Below are positions 38,017 to 44,300 of a stretch of DNA of 64,000 nucleotides, piece by piece. The position numbers and the translations under genes are program-made. This DNA comes from Octopus sinensis. Its lineage: Eukaryota. The stretch spans positions 868,001-932,000 of the forward strand of contig NC_043014.1 in the NCBI RefSeq assembly GCF_006345805.1, in the 5' to 3' direction. Under the pieces are notes generated by a model. It saw nothing but the letters and a program-made list of their open reading frames with translations, had not been told where the DNA came from and searched no databases. How positions within the stretch are numbered: position 1 is the first letter of the stretch; each line of letters begins with the position of its first letter.

Positions 38017-40227
38017 CACACTGAAATACGAACTGATGTAGTGAAATAAGTGTTTGCTGTAGTATTTTGATGTTGTTTAACCTGTTTTCTGGCAGTCACA
38101 CTTTCGGACTTTAATGTCAGGCTAAACTTAAAACTTGGATTCACTCTGTCAAAATACTTCAGCATCTTTCACAAACAGCGAATAAGAATCTTTCAGAGAT
38201 GAGAGGTTTTCGATCAGTAGTCATAACAATATCGATAATGATGATGATGATGGTGATGAAGATAAGTGTAAAATCGATCCCGCGAATATGTGAAAATGTT
38301 CTTGAATAACATCTGAGGCTGGGTGGAATATTTGAATATTCGAAAAGATAAAGATTGGAGCAGATCGAGTGGAACTGATGTGAGTCGGGGATATTAGGGG
38401 GAGGAGATGTTCTGGGTCCTGTTTTGATAATGGCATTGGTGTGTGTGTGTAAAGGAACAAGGAACAGTGGCAATTACTGTGTGTATACGCGTATCTGTAT
38501 ATATGTGTGTGTGTGTGTAAGGGAACAAGGAATAGCAATAATCTGAACAATAATAATCTTCAAAGAGAAGAAGGAGAGGAGCAAAAGATGAGGTGGGGAG
38601 GGCGATAAAGAGAGCAACAAGTAAACAAATGGTACTTTACCGTTCCTCCTGGTCGTGGGGCGATGTTGATCTGTTGTGATGGTTGTGAAGTATTTATACG
38701 AACCGCCCCTACACGGTTGTTGGTCGTTTTGCCAAGACTTCCAGCATTTACGGTTAGAGCTCGAGATGTGTGGATATTCTGATTGTTCAGAGTTACAATT
38801 CTCATTTGGGTGGCATTATTGGTGAGTATTTGAGGTTGAACCATGCTGACTTGAGGTTGGGTTCGTGAAACTGTGATGACATTAGGGTTGACTTGTTGAG
38901 ACAAACCCTTCACTATGTGTACGTTCTGTAGATTCTGCTGTGTTGAGGTGACAACAGACGAGGTGACACGGGCCATCGTGTCCCTAGAACAGGTTATCTC
39001 TGTTTTAGGTGATGCTGTGGTGATATTACGTGTTGTATCCTTAATAACAAAGTGGCCAGTACTTTGATCGGGTTTCATAATTGGTGTTGAAGTAACTGGT
39101 GGAGTCGTGGTGGTGGTAGTTGTAATCTTCTGTCCTCCAGTTTTGTCCTGCCTCTGGTCAATCTGCTCGCGGACAGTCATTCGATTAGCAGTTTGCATTG
39201 ACTTAGTCTGTTGGACAGTCATATGTGGGACCATCAGAGGTTTCCGTTCGGCGGCAATTGTAGCCAGATTATAAATAGCACTGTTTGTTGTTTGGTTCGT
39301 TTGGTTGGTGACCACGCCGGAGGTAGCAGTGTTTTTCTGCACAGCTGTTGCCGCTCCATTACTGTCTGTCGTTACAACTTGATGCTGGACAGGTTGTGGT
39401 TGAGTTGGTCCCAGTGGCCTCGCAATTGGATGTACATAGGGAACATTTGGGTTCGAGTTGTTGGTGTTTGCAACCGACGATGTTTGAGTAATGATTCGAA
39501 TTGTCTGTGTATTTCCGATTTTGCCGCTGTTGGTTGGGATTTGCACAGTATTTGGAGTGTTAACATTCAGTAGAGAGACACCACTTGCTCCTGGTACGGT
39601 AGTAGCTCCACAAGCAGGTGACCCAGTGCCAACTACACCACCGGCTCCAGTGCCCGTTACTGTCGCGTTTGTAGGACTTAGGATGGAACTGATGCCGATA
39701 ATTTGGGTATCCATAGGTGCTTTGGAAATTGGTGCTGTGTTTTTGTTCATTTGGGGTCCGCCTGCTGTTACCAAGGGGATGCCCTTCTGTCCTTGACTGA
39801 CAGCCTGGATAGATGCGAATGGGGCACTGACGGTGGACGAAGCGGGTTGCGATGACGCTGCCACAGTCACGACGGTGGGGGCCGTGGCAGGACCGATTCC
39901 CAGGTTTGCTCCGACACACGATGTAGCAGTGTTGTTGATGTGATTGGTGCCAGTCGCTCCGATACCAGTTGTATTTCCAGTGCTTTTCGTGGCACCACTT
40001 CCACCAACATTGCTATTGCTAGTAGCACCAGAATTCCCGTTGCTCCCAACACGGTCCGTCGTCGCAGGAGCAGTAATGGGAACAACTACACTGTCCGATA
40101 CATCCTGCGACGACTCCTTGTGGGTAGGCGAGGCCAGCCTCGACTCTAGGCTCCCAACTAAGGCACTTACTTCGTTCTCGTCCACCTCAGACGACAACAA
40201 TTCCTCGATTGAGTTGGTGGCCGCCAT
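2841..40227 (-). CDS. TAF4: TFIID subunit 4 (TAF4), gene span; 14 coding exons, 3492 nt, about 1163 aa
   Basis: N-terminus MAATNSIEELLSSEVDENEVSALVGSLESRLA, TAFH domain, DDDDINDVA..GVNL + histone fold, and C-terminal RPRIKRVNLRDL all match the TAF4 family. All 13 introns are GT-AG and the phases join into one open frame ending in TGA. Confidence 0.97.
3851..4325 (-). mobile_element. RTE-LINE 3' UTR repeat with (GAT)n tail and several GTGCCnnnGGCAC monomers
   Basis: Family motif ggatgcccttcctaacgccaacc; about 10 similar copies in the window. Confidence 0.75.
5335..5391 (-). CDS. TAF4: TAF4 exon 13 (TGSSTSLTNGGVSSSSVRP)
   Basis: ttgcag / gtgagt, 57 nt, phase 0-0; S/G-rich linker, weak homology support. 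Confidence 0.75.
6374..6484 (-). CDS. TAF4: TAF4 exon 12 (LQLAEMEEMRQREANITALAAIGPRKKRKTEAGDSNQ)
   Basis: tctcag / gtact, 111 nt; AN.TALAAIGPRKKRK motif. Confidence 0.96.
6615..6671 (-). CDS. TAF4: TAF4 exon 11 (SRSKHEDPEQLKLKQKAKE)
   Basis: ttacag / gtaag, 57 nt; EDPEQL.LKQKAKE motif. Confidence 0.95.
6724..7106 (-). mobile_element. Full-length tRNA-derived SINE (tRNA head, CORE-like segment, internal microsatellite, CR1-type tail)
   Basis: Head gcaggagtggctgtgtggtaag...ggttccgggttcagtccc (A/B-box-like); near-identical copy at 52098-52468. Confidence 0.8.
7447..7602 (-). mobile_element. Degenerate 5' half of the same tRNA/CORE-like SINE
   Basis: agacacttgctcaaggtgcc...gattgaacctgaaaccatgtg; similar heads at about 29655-29800, 33905-34055 and 34535-34670. 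Confidence 0.65.
8300..8560 (+). mobile_element. RTE-clade LINE ORF C-terminal remnant
   Basis: LLQIERLQLRCYGQEIRM...RGQARRRWWD resembles RTE QLRW.GH..RM...RGRP..RW.D. Confidence 0.6.
9265..9390 (-). CDS. TAF4: TAF4 exon 10 (MDSRYEVKNDVRSILKHFEELERLEKKRHEEQEREMLLRVAK)
   Basis: tccaag / gtttgt, 126 nt, phase 0-0. Confidence 0.94.
9550..9680 (-). CDS. TAF4: TAF4 exon 9, histone fold (KKYGVEEVPSDVANIVSHATQERLRDFIEKLS)
   Basis: acacag / gtaag, 131 nt, phase 1-0. Confidence 0.95.
10609..10778 (-). CDS. TAF4: TAF4 exon 8 (DDDDINDVATMGGVNLSEE...CKDECFL)
   Basis: tttcag / gtaag, 170 nt, phase 2-1; start of conserved region II. Confidence 0.96.
10941..11200 (-). CDS. TAF4: TAF4 exon 7 (TIIKQVCPGG...KRKYESL)
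   Basis: ttacag / gtaag, 260 nt, phase 0-2. Confidence 0.9.
11365..11588. mobile_element. MITE with TTAA-CCCT-type termini (piggyBac-like)
   Basis: ttagcccttttgatacc ... ggtaacgagaggattaa, imperfect terminal inverted repeats. Confidence 0.5.
11936..12193 (-). CDS. TAF4: TAF4 exon 6 (KSLPLLRHSL...HQPTQ)
   Basis: ttgcag / gtaac, 258 nt, phase 0-0; end of TAFH helix. Confidence 0.92.
13142..13231 (-). CDS. TAF4: TAF4 exon 5, TAFH part 2 (DGKVDPESFTEKLQIELQSSPQPCLVPFLK)
   Basis: ttctag / gtaag, 90 nt, phase 0-0; SSPQP.LVPFLK motif. Confidence 0.95.
13693..14108 (+). mobile_element. CR1-clade LINE 3' end
   Basis: NTRGHIYKVRKQHSSHDFRKHFFTLRVAEAWNKLP motif, followed by 3' UTR and (ATT)n tail. 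Confidence 0.85.
14166..14383. repeat. 218-bp foldback (long inverted repeat), probably MITE-like
   Basis: Arms gtaaagattgtttgccaac...gatctgt and acagatc...gttggcaaacaaactttac are near-perfect reverse complements around a loop of about 16 nt. Confidence 0.85.
14460..14667. mobile_element. MITE, TTAA-flanked, CCCTTTAGC-type termini
   Basis: ttaatcctttatcattcag ... aacgctaaagggtttaa; second copy at 45905-46092. Confidence 0.65.
14750..15032 (+). mobile_element. CR1-clade LINE 3' end (second family)
   Basis: GHSEKLYLRRFHLNRRRGAFSV.V..PWNKLPDEIV; (TTAAC)n tail; near-identical longer copy at 18035-18400. Confidence 0.85.
15930..16057 (-). CDS. TAF4: TAF4 exon 4, TAFH/NHR1 domain part 1 (DNVRKCKNFMATLLKLASNQRPETIFNVRELIQGLI)
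   Basis: ttttag / gtaagt, 128 nt, phase 1-0; classic TAFH motif. Confidence 0.95.
16260..16655 (+). mobile_element. Tc1-like transposase N-terminal remnant
   Basis: Frames give ELSDFQRGCIVG and HLHQLGYYGWVA...QPAKIQRR, typical of the Tc1 HTH region; disrupted. Confidence 0.65.
16716..16960 (+). mobile_element. tRNA-derived SINE (different family)
   Basis: ggttgagtggttaggg...gagttcgattcc (A/B box) then tgtgtccttgagcaagacacttt. Confidence 0.65.
18035..18400 (+). mobile_element. CR1-clade LINE 3' end, same family as 14750-15032
   Basis: LRGHSEKLYLQQFHLNQRRGAFSIWVANPWNK; (TAAC)n tail immediately beside TAF4 exon 3. Confidence 0.85.
18456..18693 (-). CDS. TAF4: TAF4 exon 3 (PMCNQGQPRQ...SNVLP)
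   Basis: tttcag acceptor, A|gtaag donor, 238 nt, phase 0-1, open Q/T/P-rich frame. Confidence 0.88.
19430..19640 (-). mobile_element. RTE LINE ORF C-terminal remnant
   Basis: TCGRGRP...DIVKADLKMLSLAREMMKDQD; similar to 29155-29350. Confidence 0.6.
19695..19859 (-). CDS. TAF4: TAF4 exon 2 (NAITLPTSIQLQPGTVLVKNEQGQLVLVH...QNVK)
   Basis: ttctag acceptor, AAG|gtaag donor, 165 nt, phase 0-0; resembles the vertebrate LPPGMVLVRSENGQL segment. Confidence 0.9.
20845..21462 (+). mobile_element. RTE-clade LINE reverse-transcriptase fragment
   Basis: PWKLLYADDLALIAES; RIRIAWAKFRKLLPLL...YDACVRTAMLHGSETW. Confidence 0.9.
21490..24270 (-). mobile_element. RTE (BovB-like) LINE, near-complete degenerate APE-RT ORF
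   Basis: IGCWNLRT, VSVYAPTM, DFNARVG, WHILDYILVR (APE); NYRGISLLS, GVKRGDILAPALF, MYADDC (RT); many frameshifts and stops. Confidence 0.93.
24400..26990 (-). mobile_element. CR1-clade LINE, degenerate APE-RT ORF with 3' tail
   Basis: ALIETHL, MGDFNFP (APE); QHGFRPGRSCLTQLL, YLDFAKAFDKV, GVPQGTVLGPLLF, YADNTK (RT); tail cagcatggccacagctctcagctgaaac. Confidence 0.93.
27262..28000 (+). mobile_element. 5'-truncated CR1 LINE, same family as 24400-26990, opposite orientation
   Basis: SNDASFQVH; IYIWKILEGLVPNFGI; CNSLGFRGLQLFNILPK; tail cagcatggccgcagc. Confidence 0.9.
28398..28800 (-). mobile_element. RTE-LINE 3' UTR repeat with (GAT)n tail, long copy reaching the ORF end
   Basis: Family motifs plus gctgtgcttgaggagac (minus, 28780-28796), matching the RTE ORF terminus at 29318-29334. 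Confidence 0.75.
29155..29350 (+). mobile_element. RTE LINE ORF C-terminus
   Basis: MNKDSCMKRCQSLNVKGTCGRGKPRKTWDKVV. Confidence 0.8.
29994..30809 (+). repeat. Exact tandem duplication of a 408-bp unit (RTE 3' UTR copy + flanking microsatellites)
   Basis: Identical ORF translations at 30148 and 30556; gtgcctcactg at 30025 and 30433. Confidence 0.92.
32083..32974 (-). mobile_element. Internally deleted mariner element with TIRs of about 40 bp, nested in the element above
   Basis: gtctgattaataagtatctggactgttgccatagtaa vs ttactatggcaacagtccggatacttattgatcaga; ISYGSVQSIITEDLCMRCVSAKFVPKLLS. Confidence 0.85.
32975..33240 (-). mobile_element. RTE-LINE 3' UTR repeat copy
   Basis: cgtttaacatccgctttccatgctagcatgggttgg...; abuts the mariner TIR. 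Confidence 0.75.
33637..33856 (+). mobile_element. tRNA-derived SINE with Deu/Nin-like central domain
   Basis: ggcgagctggcagaatcgttagc head; gagttcaaattcc B box; tttcatcctttcggggtcg..aaattaag.accag core. Confidence 0.75.
34192..34525 (-). mobile_element. Degenerate RTE-LINE 3' UTR repeat copy
   Basis: catcatcattcaatgcccatgctggcatggg...ggatgcctttcctaacgccaacc. Confidence 0.65.
35040..35196 (+). mobile_element. Deu/Nin-like SINE fragment (CpGs decayed)
   Basis: gagctcaaattccaccaaggttgaccttacctttcatccttttggggtcaataaaataagtaccag. Confidence 0.7.
38641..40227 (-). CDS. TAF4: TAF4 coding exon 1 (529 aa; conserved N-terminal motif, then T/S/G/N/Q-rich low-complexity region)
   Basis: ORF 38560..40227; donor ACG|GTAAAG at 38640, phase 0. 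Confidence 0.93.
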
Positions 40228-40525
40228 TTCGTTTGCTTCGTCGATGGACGACTAAAGAGCGCATGCGCAGTGACCCGGTTGAACCCTGAGATTTGTGTAT
40301 AAAAGACATCGAGCGCCACCTTGCGGAGAGTACAGTGTTACATTGTCGCCATCTTGAGAGATATTTTAGTTTGGGGAGAAGAAAGTCGACTGCTTTGAGC
40401 TCTCTCTCTCTCGAACCGCAACACCACTGGACCCACGACCACCCTCTTTTAATAGCGTTGGGCTCAACGGACAGGCAGACTAAAATTTGTTGGAGAAAAC
40501 TGCGAAAGCGAACCGTGAGAGAACC
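40228..40525. promoter_or_regulatory. Bidirectional promoter / 5' UTRs between TAF4 and LSM14 (298 bp between ATGs)
   Basis: Divergent ATGs at 40227 (-) and 40526 (+). GCGCATGCGC 40259-40268, TATAAAAG 40298-40305, CTCF-like CCGCAAGGTGGCGCT (minus) 40312-40326, CGCCATCTT 40347-40355; CpG-rich. Confidence 0.85.
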
Positions 40526-40649
40526 ATGAGTGGAGGAGGTATTCCGTATCTGGGCAGCAAGATAAGCCTGATATCGAAGGCTGAGATACGTTATGAAGGC
40601 ATTCTCTACACCATCGACCCCCACGAATCCACTGTTGCTCTCGCCAAAG
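40526..40649 (+). CDS. LSM14: LSM14 exon 1 ([41 protein letters not shown])
   Basis: accATGA start, AAAG|gtaac donor, 124 nt, phase 1. Confidence 0.96.
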
Positions 40650-41309
40650 GTAACCCAACACTCCTTTCTTTACTCTACACTTCACTATCAAACACCCATT
40701 GAAGAATCCAACCCAAATACTGGCCATCCCCTCCGACTGGTCTCTTTATTTCTTTGGCGCCGTGAGGAATGGTTTCCCCTTTTTCACAATTTTACTTTGT
40801 TATTTATGTTTGTCTTCACTTCCGCCTTATCCATGTGTCTCGCTGAATTAACCTTCCAATTTCCCCATTTTGCATGCGTGGTGGTGGCCAGCGAATTAAA
40901 CATCCCGCGTTATGTGGAGTCAGGAATTAAACCTCCATTTTACCGCGTTATACATGTGTCGAGGTGGCCAGGCATTTCGCCTCCACTCTACCCGCTTCTA
41001 TATATGTGTATATATGTGTGTGTGTGTGTATATATATATGTGTGTGTGTGTGTATATATATATGTGTGTGGTGTGTATATATATATGTGTGTGTGTGTGT
41101 ATATTATATATGTGTGTGTGTGTGTATATATATATATGTGTGTGTGTGTGTATATATATATATGTGTGTGTGTGTGTATATATATATATGTGTGTGTGTG
41201 TGTATATATATATGTGTGTGTGTGTGTATATATATATGTGTGTGTGTGTGTATATATATATATGTGTGTGAGTGTGTGTGTGCTTGCTCCTCCACTTTAC
41301 CCGCTTCTA

Positions 41310-41350
<41 letters not shown>

Positions 41351-44300
41351 TGTGTGTGTGTGTGTTTGCTCCTCCGCTTTACCACGTTAACACATGGGTG
41401 TGTGGTGCTTGTGAAATATTTGACTCCCATGTATTGCATGTGGGGGTAAGAAGCGAACTCCCCTCCACACACACACGTGTGTCTGATGGTTAGAGTCAAC
41501 CTCCACCTCACCGAGGTAGACACACATCTCTGGTTCATATTGAAAATAAACCCCCCCTCGTTTCCTCGCGGTTTTTTCTAATGACGAAAACAGCTTTCGG
41601 TTTTATCTTTCCCCAGTAAAATACCTTCACTCGAAATGTTGGATATTCTCTTAGTTTTGCAACATTTGTCAATAAACTCTTCGACCAAACTGTCCTATTT
41701 TCAGTTCCACCCTTTTTTAAAATAGTTTTTCTTTAAAAAGCCAGTTCCCTTTAATTTCTTCAGCTTCTGTCAAAATGTAGCGAACTTTTTTAGAACTGAG
41801 AAAAACCTCGCAATTTCTGTTTTTTTCTCGCTTCCCTCGTTTAACCTGAATGAGAAACTTGTTATATAAATGTCTAATTATATTTAAAAGGCAATTCTTT
41901 ATAAAACAGCAAAAACTGAGCTTTGACTCATTCAAATAAAAGTGTATTTGTGTCTTCTTCCCAGCCACAAACCCGCCATTCACATAGTGAAAGTGTCCTC
42001 GTTCTTTCCCTCTTGTTGACATCTTCTATTGATAAAACGTTGACATGTCATCCGACTATTTATTATTATTTTTATTATTATTTCAGTTTTTCTCTTTGCT
42101 TTCAGCCATGACTAAGCTTAATTGAGCTATTTCACTTTACCAAGACAATGTTTCGTACTTTGCACTTCTCTTCTAGAATTTCCATTTCTCTAACAAAAAA
42201 CCCCAAAAATACTGGAAATAAAATATAACTAAAAAACGAGTTATTTTTATGTCCTATCAACTTCCTCCCGTCTGTATCTCTTTCTCTCTCGCTGTCCATT
42301 TGCTGTGTCTGATTGTCCACGTATGCTGGTTCTATATTCATTGACCAATGCATAATAACTCGTGTCCCAGCCAAGCTTTCCATAAGCTGCCAAAGTCTTT
42401 CATTTTCCTCGAATTTCCTAATAATTGTCTTTTTAATTCCCCCGCCATTTTTATATTGCTTTTTTTAAATCAAGCTCCGACCAAGATTGTGTCTCGCTAA
42501 TTTAGCCGACAACTTGCAGGTATTTTATTTGCCAGGTAATAATATGGCATTCAGAACGTTCCAGGTCGCTTAAAATGTTCAACTTATTTACATTGTGAAA
42601 ATGTCCTCTTCGTTCCTCCTCAAATAGTTCTTTTTCCTGCGCTTTTAATTCATAAAAATAATTTCGTTAAACTCTTTTAGTATTACATTAAACGCCTGCC
42701 TTTGCTTTTAAATGAACTTTTATGTCTATAATATACACACGTATTTAGTTGGCACCTGTCCCGAAAAGCTTTTAAATGTTCACATTTTATGGCGGTTAAA
42801 TGTAAAGATGTTTTCTCCGTTTCATTTTTAAGATTTTAATTTTTAAACATTTTTTTTTTTTTTTTAAACAGTAAGATCTTTTGGTACTGAAGATCGTCCT
42901 ACCGACCGTCCTGTTGCCCCAAGAGATGAAGTTTTTGAATATATAATATTCAGAGGTAGTGACATTAAAGACATCCATGTCTGTCAACCTCCCAAGCCAC
43001 AGCCTTTGCAAGGACTACCGCAAGACCCTGCTATTGTGAAGGTAGGCAGTCTTACCGCGTCACCCTTTTAATTCCTATATTATTTCCATTTCAATTGACG
43101 ATACAGTAACCTCGAAATCTTTTTCTTCTCAGTCATCCCAGCCAGTGACCACCACTTCGTCTTATCCTCAACAACAGCAGCAGCAGCAACAACAGCAGCA
43201 GCCTCAGCACACTTACAGCGGTCAATCTTATCAACCTTTTGGAGGAGCTCAGCTTTATGGCGGTCAGTATCTTCATTCTGGTGGCCAGCATTCCTATCAT
43301 GGTTCTAGCCAATTTTCTCTTCCAGGTAACACCTATTGTGAATGTCTTTCATTATACGCTTAGCTTACTGGAGGAATATCAACAACTGCTGTTTTTAAAA
43401 AAGCGGGCCTTATAACATAACCTAAGGTGTAGCAACTAATTTCTTTTGCCGTTCTAATTAGCAGGAGGCTATCCTAATCAAACTTTTGAAATTGCTTTTA
43501 AATTACTGATTCTCTTGATAGGTTTTATGCTGGTTTCCCAGTGCAGCAATTAAGACCTGCAAAAGTCTTTCTTGGAGCAGTTTCCATTGAGCTGACCCAC
43601 TTCGTACTTTGAAGAGTTTCCCTCATTACTCTTTAGATTTGCATCTTTCACTGATTCTTTTATAATTAGTTAATTGTACGATTTTCTAATCAGCTAAATA
43701 TTTAAATTCCATTTATTTTCAAACTTTTCTCCTCTCTTGCTAAATTTTAACATTTTGATTTTACTGAATTTTTCTTGATATTGTTTTTGAAACCCCAATT
43801 GGATTTGGACCTGAATGTTGGCGTTTGTCAGGTTCCTTTATTCGCAGTTATGCCCGTCATACAACTCGGGACCAAGGCATTCAAGTAGATCCCCAGCAAA
43901 TTAGGAAATCTGGTAAATTGAAGCATTCAGAATCTCACATCACTAATCTTACCTAACTTCTAATCAGTGTGCAGGTGACACACAGGTGAACGACCATGGG
44001 AAATGCCAGTTCTACCAGATTCTGTTGGTTTTTTTTGTAACTTCTAACCATTGTCCCTTTCATTATGGATTTCTTAAATTTTTAACCTGACGTACTAAAA
44101 TGGTTGACTAATTAAAAAAATTTTTTCTTAAATCTTAGTTTACATATAACATGCATACTAATATTCAAATATTAACCATTTAAAAATTTTTCTTACATTT
44201 TTTGAATCTTAATATCTAATCCAACTTTTGGCTTTTGCAAAAGTTCCTGGCTTGAATGGTTGCTTGAGTTTGAAATTCTTCTCTTATAGTTTCTCGTGGT

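Noticed and set aside
39211-40624. ORFs overlapping TAF4 exon 1 or the promoter on other frames/strands (e.g. 40187..40624 -, 39491..39796 +)
   Set aside because: Shadow ORFs of GC-richer coding sequence; no recognisable homology.
40912-41538. Several 70-160 aa ORFs (VCVYIY repeats)
   Set aside because: Translations of the (TG)n(TA)n microsatellite. The same applies to ORFs near 24181, 37468-38019 and 5016-5302.
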